Below are positions 48,452 to 59,314 of a stretch of DNA of 64,000 nucleotides, piece by piece; the stretch's first letter is position 1, and the number at the start of each line of letters is the position of its first letter. The stretch covers positions 1-64,000 of the forward strand of contig JAUWOR010000006.1 in the NCBI GenBank assembly GCA_030612025.1, in the 5' to 3' direction. Below the pieces are notes generated by a model. The model saw only the letters and a list, made by a program, of their open reading frames with translations. It searched no databases and had not been told where the DNA came from. The stretch is from Dehalococcoidia bacterium. Its GTDB lineage: Bacteria; Chloroflexota; Dehalococcoidia; GIF9; AB-539-J10. A program made the translations under genes and the position numbers.

Positions 48452-48553
48452 TACGATGCTAGCATTGAATTTCTGGCTCTGGCAGTGGACAAAGCCAAAA
48501 TTGGCGATAAAGAGAAGCTTGATGCCTTCAGAAGATTAAAGGCTTGGCGGTAA
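48452..48553 (+). pseudogene. duplicated 3' fragment of the DUF763 gene
   Basis: YDASIEFLALAVDKAKIGDKEKLDAFRRLKAWR* vs YDASIEFLAQAVDKAKIGDKEKLDAFRRLKVWTV* at 46452-46556. Confidence 0.92.
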
Positions 48554-48563
48554 AGGAGGTTTT

Positions 48564-48632
48564 AGGGTGAGTTTTTCACCCTCACCTTAATCCTCTCCCG
48601 TCAAGGGAGAGGAAATTTGGCTCGCAATGACA
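48564..48632. repeat. CCCTCTCCC-type palindrome plus a GTCA-type half unit
   Basis: caccctcaccttaatcctctcccgtcaagggagagga then ctcgcaatgaca. Confidence 0.7.
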
Positions 48633-48680
48633 TAGTGAAGTTATTGTTACAAGGCTCTATAATATAGGGTAAGCAGTAAA

Positions 48681-50021
48681 ATGACCCATTTTGATATCGC
48701 ATCTTATGTGTCCCACATCGAGGCTAATAGGTCAGTCAAGGATGCCCTGATGCAAAAGTTAAAGACTCGCCGGCCTCCATACCATATTTCAGTAACTGAC
48801 CTGACTAACCTGAAGCAGGCTTACTTTAAGAGAAAATACCCGGAAATCGTTCCACCTCTGGAAAAACAACAGCTTCTGTGGGCTGGCACCGGGTTTCACA
48901 AGATCTTTGGTTCGGCTGTTTCCAGCGAAGAATATCTGGAGCAGTTTGTCGAAGCTGAGGGCATCGTAGGCAAAATTGATATCTATGAAAATATACCCAT
49001 AGAGGTGAAAACAACCTCAACCCTGGTAAGCACGGGAGACTTGGCTAAATATAGGCCGACTTATGTGGAACAACTGGGCATATACTGTGCTATGGTCAAC
49101 TCCCTCCAGGGGAAAATCATTATTTACCAGCGCCACGATTCTACAGAATCACCCCAAGCTCCGCTTATTGCCTACCAGGTTACTTTTCCCGATCTGGAAG
49201 CAATCCGAGAGGAAATGCGGCAAAGGCGAGATCTCTTGGTACAAGCACTCATCTCAAATGACCCCAGTAATCTGCCTATCTGTGCTTGGTTTAATAGGGG
49301 ATGTGATTATTCAGAAGTATGTGACTGCAGGACTACTTCGGTGCCGCTATCATACACGATTGCTGAACTAGCAGGGCAAATCCAAATTGACGAGCCCACT
49401 TGCCAACAACTCCTTGATAAGCTTGCCAAGCCACAGCCATCTCGACTATTTCGAACCAACGACCTCGTCTTCCCCCGTAAGGCATACTTTAAGCGTGCCA
49501 AGCCGCAAGAAATCGCCATTGACCAAGGGTTGCCGCAAGAAAAAGAAGAGCATCTTCGTTCCATGGATGAACTAGGCTTTCTCGATGCGCTTCGTGATGC
49601 GTTACGCTACGGCGCTCCAGGCGAAGTGGAAAGGATTCCCATACAACATAGACTATTGGCTGACCTGGTCCAAGTCTGTCAGAACTTGCCCACCATCTTG
49701 CGCGACCCAAAGTTCTATTCCCTGGTGGAAAGGGAACGCTTGCCCTGGACATTCCCTCATTATTTCCTCCGCCTGGGATTCGAGTGCGCCCTAACAGACC
49801 ATCCCCAGGGCAGGCTACTGCTTTATTACGCTAACGTTCCTAGAGAAGATGCTAAACTAATGGTCTATGATGCGACCTTTAGAAATTTGCATGCCCTCAA
49901 GACGGAGGCATTACGCCGCGTTGAGCTTTTGCAAAAAGCAACGTCTCCACTTCAGCTTCCAAAATGTCCCTCATGGATGTGTCCTAACTGTAGCTATAAG
50001 TTTGAATGTGGTGAAGCATGA
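48681..50021 (+). CDS. tandem Cas4-like PD-(D/E)XK nuclease (two domains)
   Basis: ISVTDL..AYF, GTGFH, GKID, IEVKT, QLGIY and a Cys cluster; second repeat NDL..RKAYF with a terminal Cys cluster. Confidence 0.75.
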   Translation: MTHFDIASYVSHIEANRSVKDALMQKLKTRRPPYHISVTDLTNLKQAYFKRKYPEIVPPLEKQQLLWAGTGFHKIFGSAVSSEEYLEQFVEAEGIVGKIDIYENIPIEVKTTSTLVSTGDLAKYRPTYVEQLGIYCAMVNSLQGKIIIYQRHDSTESPQAPLIAYQVTFPDLEAIREEMRQRRDLLVQALISNDPSNLPICAWFNRGCDYSEVCDCRTTSVPLSYTIAELAGQIQIDEPTCQQLLDKLAKPQPSRLFRTNDLVFPRKAYFKRAKPQEIAIDQGLPQEKEEHLRSMDELGFLDALRDALRYGAPGEVERIPIQHRLLADLVQVCQNLPTILRDPKFYSLVERERLPWTFPHYFLRLGFECALTDHPQGRLLLYYANVPREDAKLMVYDATFRNLHALKTEALRRVELLQKATSPLQLPKCPSWMCPNCSYKFECGEA

Positions 50022-50509
50022 ACTGGCTGGATATAGTTATCATAATAGTTACTCTCTTACTCGGCATGCTGGGATTATGGAGAGGAGCTATCAAGGCTGT
50101 ATTTGGTATCGTCGGGTTAATAGGAGGTATAGCTCTAGCAGGGCATTACTACCTGCCACTTGCCAGCATACTCTCCTCCGGTGAAGCTATTTGGTCGAGG
50201 ATAGCTGCCTACGCTATTATCCTGGTGGCCACTTTGATTGTAGCTAGCGTAATCGGCTGGTTTGTAGCTCGCTTGGTTCACATCGTGATGCTCGGCTGGG
50301 TAGATAGGCTTATTGGTTTCATCCTTGGAGCCGCCATAGGTAGCATGCTATGCGCCGCTGTCCTTGCCATTGTAAGCAAGTATTTATCAGTCATGGGGGG
50401 AGTTATCTCTCAGTCTGTAATGGCAAAACTCTTGATGGAGCAATTTCCTTTGTTATTAGCGCTCCTCCCCGAGGAATTTGACTTCATTGCTGACTTCTTT
50501 TCACTCTAA
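50018..50509 (+). CDS. CvpA (colicin V production) family membrane protein
   Basis: MNWLDI, GLWRG, DRLIGFILG. Confidence 0.9.
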   Translation: MNWLDIVIIIVTLLLGMLGLWRGAIKAVFGIVGLIGGIALAGHYYLPLASILSSGEAIWSRIAAYAIILVATLIVASVIGWFVARLVHIVMLGWVDRLIGFILGAAIGSMLCAAVLAIVSKYLSVMGGVISQSVMAKLLMEQFPLLLALLPEEFDFIADFFSL

Positions 50510-50543
50510 TCCACTCCCATCATGGGAGAGGGAGACTTGTTAT

Positions 50544-50870
50544 TTACTCCTCTAAAAGGTCATCCAGTATCTTCTTAAGTTCTTTCTTCGATTTGAGACC
50601 AATGATTTGCTGAACCGGCTGGCCGTCCTTAAATATAAGCATAGTGGGAATAGCAGCAATGCCATATTTAGCAGCTAGAGAACTATTGCCATCCACATTG
50701 ACTTTAGCAAAGTTTATTTTACCAGCATATTCTTTAGCTAGTCCCTCCAAAATGGGAGCAGCAGCCAGGCAGGGAGCACACCAATTTGCCCAGAAATCTA
50801 CCAAAGTCGGTAATTTCGATTGTACTACAGCCTTTTGAAAGTTGTCCTCACCTAGTATTGATTGCATCAT
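50544..50870 (-). CDS. trxA: thioredoxin
   Basis: VDFWANWCAPC, KVNVD, IPT. Confidence 0.92.
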   Translation of the reverse strand: MMQSILGEDNFQKAVVQSKLPTLVDFWANWCAPCLAAAPILEGLAKEYAGKINFAKVNVDGNSSLAAKYGIAAIPTMLIFKDGQPVQQIIGLKSKKELKKILDDLLEE

Positions 50871-50893
50871 TGGCTTGACCTCCCATAAATAAT

Positions 50894-51670
50894 TTAAAAA
50901 GCTACGTCTAAAGCGAAGAAATTGATGGCATTTCTTGTTGTCAGCTCAGCAATTGTAGCCTCGTCAATTTCTTTAAGCTGAGCTGTGGCTTTTAAACTCC
51001 TCACTACATCAGCAGGTTTAGATTCATACTTTACCTCCCTGCCATAGGTAACAGGGCAATCTGTTTCCAAAAGTAACCTATTGAGAGGCGTTTCCTTAAC
51101 TGCCCTTCTATGCTCTTCATGATACTCGGTGGCTGGCGTGGCAGAAACAAAATAGCCAGCGGTAATTATATCCCTGAGAACGCTGGAAAAACCAGTGAAC
51201 CAATGGAAAACAGCCTTATCTACTCCAGCATCTTGGACTAATTGGAATGAATCCCTCCAGGCATATCTACTATGGATTATCGCTGGTTTGGCATATTTCT
51301 TAGCTAAATCTAAAAGACGCCTCAAAACATCCTTCTGTAATTCCTTTGACGCGGCTTTCACTACCCTCTTATCATAGTCCAAGCCTATCTCGCCGATGGC
51401 AACCGCTGTGGCGATATTCTGCTCAATAAACTGTAAATTGTCATCGAACTGAGGAGCCCCAAGACTACCTAGCTGCCAAGGATGCAAACCTAAAGCCGGA
51501 TAGACGAAGGAGCAATATAGTTGAGAAATTTCCAATATTTTCACATTTGATTGATAGCCTGAGCCCACAGCCACTATAGCGCTAATGCCATTTTCTTTAG
51601 CTTCTTCAAGTATTAAATCAAGATTTTGTAGTTCGTCTAGGTGAGCATGGGTATCGATGAGCTTATACAC
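50894..51670 (-). CDS. TatD family nuclease
   Basis: DTHAH, GEIGLDY, IHSR, FHWF, LETD. Confidence 0.92.
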   Translation of the reverse strand: MYKLIDTHAHLDELQNLDLILEEAKENGISAIVAVGSGYQSNVKILEISQLYCSFVYPALGLHPWQLGSLGAPQFDDNLQFIEQNIATAVAIGEIGLDYDKRVVKAASKELQKDVLRRLLDLAKKYAKPAIIHSRYAWRDSFQLVQDAGVDKAVFHWFTGFSSVLRDIITAGYFVSATPATEYHEEHRRAVKETPLNRLLLETDCPVTYGREVKYESKPADVVRSLKATAQLKEIDEATIAELTTRNAINFFALDVAF

Positions 51671-51981
51671 TAAATTCTCTTTTCGTCGACCATGCCTTTA
51701 TAGTACTTAAGCCCCGCTTCCGTCGGCTTATAGCCATAAAGGGAAAACCTATCTCCTGGCTCCTTAGTAACTAGATTTGCTGATACCAATGCTCTCAGCA
51801 TTGCCTCACCAAAATATCCCGCCAAATGAAGATGGTGGTCAGGGACAGTTCTATTGGTGGCTTCATATTCTCGGCAAATTGTGCCTAAGAGCTTGGCCGG
51901 CTCCTCATCGAGGCTTTCAAGGAGAGCCTGCATAGTTTGTGTTTTCCTGATTATAGCGACAAAATCTTCAAAGTCACCCAT
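51670..51981 (-). CDS. hypothetical protein (winged-helix-like)
   Basis: Operonic with neighbours; LV...LV....YKPTEAG pattern. Confidence 0.65.
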   Translation of the reverse strand: MGDFEDFVAIIRKTQTMQALLESLDEEPAKLLGTICREYEATNRTVPDHHLHLAGYFGEAMLRALVSANLVTKEPGDRFSLYGYKPTEAGLKYYKGMVDEKRI

Positions 51982-51986
51982 GTCTG

Positions 51987-52748
51987 CTAATTTTTAATCC
52001 TGACGGTAATATAGAGGGCGCCAGGATTTCCTCCTTTCAATCCCATTCCTCTCAACCTTATCTTTGTCCTGTCTGTAACGCCTGCTGGCACCTTGACCAC
52101 AAGCTTTTTCTTTTCCTTGCCTCTTTGGTATTTAATCTTCTTCTCCACCCCAGCAACGGCCTCGTTCTGAGAAAGGGCAATCTCATGATATAAGTCCGTT
52201 CCTTGATAAGGAAAGCTCCCTACACCCAGCATTCTTTTAAGGGCAAATTTCATTACCTTGCCTATTAGCCGCAACAAGAGGGGCGGTTTATATTGTGTAG
52301 AAGAATATTGCTGACCTCTCCAATCTGGCTGGCCAGAGAAAACAAAGGTAAATCCTCTGCCGCCAAAGAACATATTGTCTACAAATCCCTCATCGAACCT
52401 CAAACCTGCTCCTTGAAACATCTTCACGAACTCCTGAAACAAATATGGATTGGTAAATGCGTCCCTGAACACCTGCTCCTGAGTATAATATCGCCCACCG
52501 GTGTATTGAGGACCATATCCAGCTCCAACAAAACCAGCCCATCTCATCCTATCATATTCCCGTCTCTTCCCCTCATCACCCAATACGACATAAGCTTCAT
52601 TGATATCCTTGAATTTTTCTCCAGCCCATTCCTCGTTTCCCAAGTTTCTATCGGGGTGGTATTTCATAGCAAGCCTTCTGAAGGCATGCTTTATCTCCTC
52701 CTCGCTAGCCCCTTCAGGCATACCAAGAATAGAATAATAATCTTTCAT
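51987..52748 (-). CDS. DnaJ-domain protein (CbpA-like, no zinc finger)
   Basis: DYYSILG, KYHPDRN, C-terminal VKVPAGV..IRLRG.G. Confidence 0.88.
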   Translation of the reverse strand: MKDYYSILGMPEGASEEEIKHAFRRLAMKYHPDRNLGNEEWAGEKFKDINEAYVVLGDEGKRREYDRMRWAGFVGAGYGPQYTGGRYYTQEQVFRDAFTNPYLFQEFVKMFQGAGLRFDEGFVDNMFFGGRGFTFVFSGQPDWRGQQYSSTQYKPPLLLRLIGKVMKFALKRMLGVGSFPYQGTDLYHEIALSQNEAVAGVEKKIKYQRGKEKKKLVVKVPAGVTDRTKIRLRGMGLKGGNPGALYITVRIKN

Positions 52749-52834
52749 GGCACGGTTACTTACTCCAAAGTAAACTAGCTAACATTTTAGCGGTTGGGGG
52801 TCACTTTTAGCAAGCGAAGCTATTATAGCTGCCA

Positions 52835-52863
52835 TTGACAGTGGAAGTATCCTCGGCTACAGT
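52835..52863 (+). promoter_or_regulatory. sigma70-type promoter of the padR operon
   Basis: TTGACA-N17-TACAGT. Confidence 0.5.
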
Positions 52864-52897
52864 AAGAAGAAATTCAGAATATAGCTGGGGGTACTAG

Positions 52898-53236
52898 ATG
52901 ATGGATTATGGACGTGAGTTGCTCAAAGGGAATACCGATTGCTTACTTCTTTGTTTAATCAACAATCAACCCACATACGGTTATCAAATCATAAAGGAAT
53001 TGGAGAAGAGGAGCAACGGATATTTCCAATTCAAAGAGGGAACTTTGTATCCTGCTCTCCACCGCATGGAGAAGGAGCAGCTTATTAAGGGCGAATGGCA
53101 AATGCTACCTAATGGGCAACAAAGACGGTATTACCATATAACTAAAAGGGGAAAGCAAGTTTTAGCCAAAAGGCTGGCTGTGTGGCAAGATTTCTCTACC
53201 GCGGTTAGATTAGTTACACAACCAGCAACAACTTAG
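52898..53236 (+). CDS. PadR family transcriptional regulator
   Basis: ELLKG, YGYQI, EGTLYPALHR, RRYYHIT. Confidence 0.93.
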   Translation: MMDYGRELLKGNTDCLLLCLINNQPTYGYQIIKELEKRSNGYFQFKEGTLYPALHRMEKEQLIKGEWQMLPNGQQRRYYHITKRGKQVLAKRLAVWQDFSTAVRLVTQPATT

Positions 53237-53243
53237 CACCACG

Positions 53244-54133
53244 ATGGCAAACAATTTAAGCGATTACCTAGATAGTATTAAAATCTGCCTCAAGTGCGAT
53301 TCGGCAGTTAAGGCGAGTGTGACTCGTGAACTTCAGACACACCTCGAGGATAAAAGCCAAGAGCTAAGGGAAACCGGGCTTAGTGAGGATGAGGCAAATA
53401 ACATCGCCACAGAATCCTTCGGCTCCCCTCAATTAATCGCTCAGCAAATCTACGAAGTCCATAGCCAGGGTACGTGGCAAGAAGCTTTTTTCGCTGCCTT
53501 GTCTCATTTGCTGGTTGCCTTGCTTTTTTTGCTTCATACTATTGGCAAAACATCATCTGCTTATCAATCATATTAGTAGCGGTTACTTGTATAGTAATTT
53601 ATGGCTGGTGTCATAACAAACCAATGTGGTTTTTCCCCTGGTTAGGATATTATCTACTCCCAGTAATAATTACTGGTATGCTATTAATTTACTTGCCTCA
53701 TGGCTGGGTTTGGTTAGCGACACTTGCTTACTTTCCTTTAGCTCTATTTGCGTTTGCCTACATAATGAAACAAACTGCAAGTCGCGATTGGCTTTATGTG
53801 TCGTTAATGCTAGCCCCACTTCCAGTAGTATTCAGTTGGTCATTAGCCCTAGGCATAAATGAGTCCTTGCCAAGCAACATGCTGTCAGCACGATTGCAAC
53901 CAGCTATTCCCTGGATAGTTATTAGTTTCCTTGTTTTGGCTGTGGCAACCTTTGCATACGCTCGTGTAAGGCAGAGGTGGTGCAAAGCTGCTACTTTGTT
54001 AATTCCGCCAAGCGTAATCCTGGTTTCAGTAACTCTAGTAAACAGAGGAAATATTGGTTTCTGGGGTTGGCTGATATTACTCTTCTCTTTATTCGCTCTC
54101 GCTAGCCCAGCCTGGCTGCAAGCCAGGTCATAG
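53244..54133 (+). pseudogene. PadR-associated membrane protein with permease-prefix/HAAS domain, split by a frameshift
   Basis: ORFs 53244-53576 and 53474-54133 join at a T7 tract (53524-53530): ...LVALLF / ASYYWQ... Confidence 0.75.
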
Positions 54134-55228
54134 CTACGAAGTCTGAGCTTGCTCGTGGTTCCACAGACCTACTTGAGGTTGACAAACCTTTTTATAAGGC
54201 AAACCCAAGTGTTCGTAAGCAAGCCTCGTAGCTGCTCTACCGCGGGGTGTACGGTCCAAAAAGCCTAACTGAAGAAGATAGGGTTCGTAAACATCCATAA
54301 TAGTATCAGCCTCTTCACTAATAGAGGCAGCGATGGTATCTAGACCTACAGGTCCACCATCAAATTTATCAATTATTGTATGGAGCACCCTGCGATCCAC
54401 ATCGTCCAAGCCTACAGAGTCTATTTCGAGTTTTGAAAGCCCCTCCAGAGCTACTTCCCTAGTAATCACCCCATCCGCCATGACCTGAGCATAATCCCGC
54501 AGTCGCTTTAGGAGACGATTAGCCACCCGTGGCGTGCCTCTAGCACGCCGAGCAACTTGAACAAGCCCCTCCCCCTCCACTGGCACCTTAAGAATGGCTG
54601 AAGAGCGCTTTAGAATCATCTCTATCGCCGACTTATCATAGAAATCAAGGTGATATATCGCTCCGAATCTGTCGCGAAGTGGGGGACTCAATAAGGCGAA
54701 GCGAGTGGTGGCTCCAATTAAGGTGAAATGGGGTAAATTCAAGCGCAAACTCCTGGCTGCTGGACCTTTACCCAGAAAGATATCAAAAACGAAGTCCTCC
54801 ATTGCTGGATAGAGCTTCTCTTCTACGATGCGACTAAGCCGATGAACCTCATCAAGGAAAAGAATATCGCCCTCGCGCAGGTTAGTTAGAATAGCTGCCA
54901 AATCTCCGGGGCGTTCTATCGCTGGCCCTGAACTAACTTTAATATTGACCCCCATCTCAGCAGCAATGATGTAAGCAAGGGTAGTCTTTCCTAAACCAGG
55001 AGGCCCATAGAGGAGGATATGATCTAGAGACTCTTGCCTTTTCTGAGCAGCAGCAATAGCTATTTTCAAGTTCTCCTTAACTTTTTCTTGACCTACAAAT
55101 CCACTGAGGCGCTTGGGGCGAAGGTTTAAATCGATAGGTATATCCTCACTAGCCGGTTTGCCAGAAACCACACGGCCCTCGTCAGATAAAGGGGAGTGTG
55201 GCGAGGACATCCCTTGAACATTTGACAT
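54134..55228 (-). CDS. ruvB: Holliday junction branch migration helicase RuvB
   Basis: [23 protein letters not shown]. Confidence 0.97.
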   Translation of the reverse strand: MSNVQGMSSPHSPLSDEGRVVSGKPASEDIPIDLNLRPKRLSGFVGQEKVKENLKIAIAAAQKRQESLDHILLYGPPGLGKTTLAYIIAAEMGVNIKVSSGPAIERPGDLAAILTNLREGDILFLDEVHRLSRIVEEKLYPAMEDFVFDIFLGKGPAARSLRLNLPHFTLIGATTRFALLSPPLRDRFGAIYHLDFYDKSAIEMILKRSSAILKVPVEGEGLVQVARRARGTPRVANRLLKRLRDYAQVMADGVITREVALEGLSKLEIDSVGLDDVDRRVLHTIIDKFDGGPVGLDTIAASISEEADTIMDVYEPYLLQLGFLDRTPRGRAATRLAYEHLGLPYKKVCQPQVGLWNHEQAQTS

Positions 55229-55249
55229 AATGCCGTTCCTTTATTATTG

Positions 55250-58200
55250 TTAGGGGGTAATCTGGGTATCTAGCTGCAAGCTTGTCGTCTTAGTTTCCTC
55301 ATGTCCCTCACCAGATAAGGGATAGGAGGGCCTTCCTTCACTCTCATCCAGCACCCGAGCTGGAATAAGCTTGCCCAGAATAACATTTTCCTTAAGTCCA
55401 CGAAGTTTATCTACCTTGCCTTTGGTCGCCGCATCAGTAAGCACTCGCCCAGTCTCTTGGAAAGAAGCAGAAGCTAACCAGCTATCCTTGCTTAAGCTGG
55501 CTCTAGTTATCCCTAAAAGAACAGCTTGTGCGGTTGCTGGCTCACCCCCCTCAGCTAGCACCTTAGCATTTACCTCTTCATAATCAAAGCGATCAATCAT
55601 CTCGCCCGACAGGAACTCTGTATCACCCGAGGAAATAATTCCCACTTTTCTCAACATCTGACAAGCGATGATAGCAATATGCTTATCATGTATGTTCACC
55701 CCTTGAGAGCGATATACTTTTTGTATTTCATCGATTAAATGCCTCTGCACTGCTTCTTTCCCTATAATTTGTAATATATCATGTGGGTCAATGATCCCCT
55801 CAGCAAGTTGTTCACCGGCTTTAACCTTGCTCCCTGTTTTAACAAGTAACCTTGTGCCATGTGGAACAATGTATTCTCTTTCCTCCCTTTCCTCATATTT
55901 GATATAAAAACGGCCATCTTCAATAACGACTTCACCAGCAACTCTAGCCACTATAGGTCGTTGTTCAGCTATTGCCGGCAACTGCATGTCCCTTTCCTCA
56001 GTCTCCTCTGAAGGAGGGACAGGATGAAGCAGGATAGTGCCAACATCAACTAATTGTCCATCATCTACAGCAGCTTTCATCCCTGGTGACAATTCATATT
56101 CATCAAGACAAAATTCAGAGCTAGTAATCCTGACCTTGTTTCCCTCATCTGTATCAATTACCTCAACATTGCCATCAATTTCAGAAATAATGGCACTACC
56201 CTTCGGTATTCTAGCTTCAAAAAGTTCCTCTACCCGCGGCAGCCCACTGGTGATATCAGTACCAACTACACCACCTGTATGGAAAGTACGCAAGGTAAGC
56301 TGAGTGCCCGGTTCGCCAATGCTTTGAGCGGCAATAATGCCTACGGCGGTACGAGGATTTACTAACCGTCCTCTAGATAGATCCCTACCATAGCAGCACT
56401 GACAAACTCCAAATCGAGAGCGACAGCTAAGGGGTGACCTCACATATACTTGATTGATGCCAGCCTTGATAATTCGTTTCACCCTTTCCTCATCGATTTC
56501 TTCATCGCGATCAACAATAACCTTGCCCGTAGCTGGGTCAACAATTTGACTTGCTGCTAGATAGCCAATAATCCGTTCACCCAACGAAGGCAAAGAGCCT
56601 CCCCTATCCTCCCCTGATATCCAAACTCCTTCAGTGGTGCCACAATCCCTCTCAGCTACAATGACATTTTGGGCCACATCTATGAGACGCCGAGTAAGAT
56701 AACCGCTATCTGACGTCCTCAAGGCGGTATCAGCCAATCCTTTGCGAGCACCATGGGTAGAAATAAAATATTCCATAGGGGACAGCCCATCTCGGAAGCT
56801 TGACCTAATGGGAAAGTCCATTATCTTCCCTGACGGATCGGTCATCAATCCGCGCATTCCTGCTAGCTGCCTAATCTGGGAGATATTACCCTTTGCTCCC
56901 GATGTAGCCATCATGTAGATCCCACCATAGCGGTCTAAGGATTGAGATACATCCTCAGTAACTTTATCTGTGGTCTCCATCCATACTTGAACTACACTCT
57001 CATAACGTTCGTCCTCAGTAATGAAGCCACGGTTAAATTGATCTTCAGCCATACTAACTAGCTTATCAGCCTCCTTAAGAAGCTTAGCTTTTCCCGGGGG
57101 CTCTATTATATCGTTCATGGCAATAGAAATCCCTGACTTCGTGGCATAGGAGAAGCCTAATTGCTTAAGATTGTCAAGGACAGCAGCAGTAGTTTCATTG
57201 CCTAATAAACGAATGCAATCAGATACCAGAGTCCTCAAGGCAGCTTTATCTGCTACTTCATTGTAAAAACGAAGCTGCGGGGGCAAAGCATCGTTGAATA
57301 AAATCCGTCCCACTGTAGTCTTTATCCGCTCTCCTTGCTTATCACCACCTTGCACCTCGATCTCGGCACAAAGATCAATTATGCCCAATTCGTAAGCTAG
57401 TTTGGCCTCATCGAAATTGCTGAAAATTTTTCCTTCCCCTCTAGCCCCGGCCTTAATGACAGTAAGATAATAGCAACCAAACACCATATCAAGGCTGGGC
57501 ACTGTTGTCGGCTCACCACAACTTGGTAGCAACATATTGTTGGGGCTGAGCAACTGCTCTCTTGCTTCCCTCACTGCCATCTTGGATAAGGGTACATGAA
57601 CCGCCATCTGATCACCATCAAAATCAGCATTAAAGGCAGTGCAAACCAAGGGATGAAGTTGAAAGGCACTCCCATCAATTAAGACCGGCTCAAAGGCTTG
57701 AATGCTCAACCGATGTAATGTAGGGGCACGATTAAGCAATACTGGGCGTTCTTTAACCACTTCACTAAGTAAATCCCAAACCTCAGGGCTGGCTCTCTCC
57801 ACTTGGCGTCGAGCAATCTTTACATTATTAGCATAACCCTTCTCTATAAGCTTATGCATAACGAAAGGTTTAAATAACTCTAAGGCTATATGCCGTGGCA
57901 AACCACATTGATGAAGCTTAAGATCGGGACAAACAACAATGACCGAGCGCCCACTGTAGTCTACTCGCTTGCCCAAGAGATTTTGCCGAAACCGCCCCTG
58001 CTTCCCCTTCAACATAGCTGAGAGAGATTTCAAAACATGATTATTGCCAGTAGTAACTGCACGCCCCCTCCGTCCATTATCAATGAGGGCATCAACAGCT
58101 TCCTGCAGCATACGTTTTTCATTACGAATAATGGCTTCGGGGGCTCCTAACCCTATAAGACGGCGGAGACGATTATTACGGTTAATGACACGCCGATAAA

Positions 58201-59185
58201 GGTCATTAAGGTCACTAATAACGAAACGACCGCCATCTAGCTGGACTACAGGACGAAGTGCCGGTGGTAGTACTGGAAGCACAGTTAAAATAACCCATTC
58301 AGGTTTGTTTCCACTAAGCCTGAAGGCTTTGACTAACTGTAACCTTTTGCTAATCTTCTTGTGGGACTGCCCAGAGGCGGTGCGCATTTCTTCAAGGAGT
58401 TCCTGATGTAACTTCTCTATATCAATTTTCTTCAGAATCTCTAGAATAGCTTCAGCACCCATACTAGCTTCAAAAATATCACCATATTTATCCTTAAATT
58501 CTTGGTATCCCTCCTCATTAAGCAGCTTCAATGGCTTAAGATTTTCTATCTCTCCCTTTTTTACCTTCAGTTCCTCTTCAAGTCCCGTTTTCCGCTCTGC
58601 AAATTTAGCACGGAGCTGATTCACTTCCTTCGCTATAGTCTCCTCATCCACTTCAGCTTTAACCTGCAATTCTTCAACTTCCCTGTTTACACGCTCCTCC
58701 TCTTCAGCAATCCTTCGAGACGTTTCTTCCTCAAGCTGATGAACCTTCCCTTGGCGAGCTTCCTCATTGACTGAGGTAATGATATATCGGGCAAAATAGA
58801 TGACCGATTCTAAGTTTCGTGGAGAGAGATTGAGAAGAAGGCCAAGCCGACTAGACACCAATTTGACAAACCAAATATGAGTCACTGGGGCAGCTAACTC
58901 GATATGCCCCATACGCTCCCGGCGTACGCTGGAATGAGCTATCTCAACTCCACACTTATCGCAAATAACGCCTTTGTATCTTACTTTTTTGTATTTGCCA
59001 CAATGACACTCGAAGTCCTTGGTAGGACCGAAGATCCTCTCACAAAAGAGACCGTCTCTTTCCGGCTTCAGAGTACGGTAATTTATCGTCTCCGCTTTAG
59101 TCACCTCACCATGAGACCAACTCCTGATTTGATCCGGTGAGGCAAGACTTATTCCTATACCACTCAGCTCGTCAAATTGAACCAT
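55250..59185 (-). CDS. rpoC: RNA polymerase beta' subunit
   Basis: [24 protein letters not shown]. Confidence 0.98.
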   Translation of the reverse strand: MVQFDELSGIGISLASPDQIRSWSHGEVTKAETINYRTLKPERDGLFCERIFGPTKDFECHCGKYKKVRYKGVICDKCGVEIAHSSVRRERMGHIELAAPVTHIWFVKLVSSRLGLLLNLSPRNLESVIYFARYIITSVNEEARQGKVHQLEEETSRRIAEEEERVNREVEELQVKAEVDEETIAKEVNQLRAKFAERKTGLEEELKVKKGEIENLKPLKLLNEEGYQEFKDKYGDIFEASMGAEAILEILKKIDIEKLHQELLEEMRTASGQSHKKISKRLQLVKAFRLSGNKPEWVILTVLPVLPPALRPVVQLDGGRFVISDLNDLYRRVINRNNRLRRLIGLGAPEAIIRNEKRMLQEAVDALIDNGRRGRAVTTGNNHVLKSLSAMLKGKQGRFRQNLLGKRVDYSGRSVIVVCPDLKLHQCGLPRHIALELFKPFVMHKLIEKGYANNVKIARRQVERASPEVWDLLSEVVKERPVLLNRAPTLHRLSIQAFEPVLIDGSAFQLHPLVCTAFNADFDGDQMAVHVPLSKMAVREAREQLLSPNNMLLPSCGEPTTVPSLDMVFGCYYLTVIKAGARGEGKIFSNFDEAKLAYELGIIDLCAEIEVQGGDKQGERIKTTVGRILFNDALPPQLRFYNEVADKAALRTLVSDCIRLLGNETTAAVLDNLKQLGFSYATKSGISIAMNDIIEPPGKAKLLKEADKLVSMAEDQFNRGFITEDERYESVVQVWMETTDKVTEDVSQSLDRYGGIYMMATSGAKGNISQIRQLAGMRGLMTDPSGKIMDFPIRSSFRDGLSPMEYFISTHGARKGLADTALRTSDSGYLTRRLIDVAQNVIVAERDCGTTEGVWISGEDRGGSLPSLGERIIGYLAASQIVDPATGKVIVDRDEEIDEERVKRIIKAGINQVYVRSPLSCRSRFGVCQCCYGRDLSRGRLVNPRTAVGIIAAQSIGEPGTQLTLRTFHTGGVVGTDITSGLPRVEELFEARIPKGSAIISEIDGNVEVIDTDEGNKVRITSSEFCLDEYELSPGMKAAVDDGQLVDVGTILLHPVPPSEETEERDMQLPAIAEQRPIVARVAGEVVIEDGRFYIKYEEREEREYIVPHGTRLLVKTGSKVKAGEQLAEGIIDPHDILQIIGKEAVQRHLIDEIQKVYRSQGVNIHDKHIAIIACQMLRKVGIISSGDTEFLSGEMIDRFDYEEVNAKVLAEGGEPATAQAVLLGITRASLSKDSWLASASFQETGRVLTDAATKGKVDKLRGLKENVILGKLIPARVLDESEGRPSYPLSGEGHEETKTTSLQLDTQITP
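55297..55327 (-). repeat. 31-bp repeat copy within the rpoC 3' tail
   Basis: cctcatgtccctcaccagataagggatagga; 27 of 31 identical to 59198-59228. Confidence 0.75.
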
Positions 59186-59197
59186 CTTTGTTTATCA

Positions 59198-59228
59198 CCT
59201 CACGTCCCTCGCCAGATAAAGGATAAGA
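59198..59228 (-). repeat. 31-bp repeat copy upstream of rpoC
   Basis: cctcacgtccctcgccagataaaggataaga. Confidence 0.75.
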
Positions 59229-59294
59229 AAATCAAAAATCAAACATCAAAAGTCAAAATCACAGATTTATTTTTGCATTTTTATCTTTGACTTT
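59228..59294. repeat. gene-less heptamer-periodic inverted repeat (caaaa/ttttg family)
   Basis: aaaatcaaaaatcaaacatcaaaagtcaaaat...atttttgcatttttatctttgacttt; resembles the inner arms at 2405 and 2796. Confidence 0.75.
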
Positions 59295-59314
59295 CCGCCT
59301 CGTCACCTCTATAC

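Noticed and set aside
48560-50021. CRISPR-Cas locus suggested by the Cas4-like gene
   Set aside because: No regularly spaced repeat-spacer array and no other cas genes anywhere in the window.
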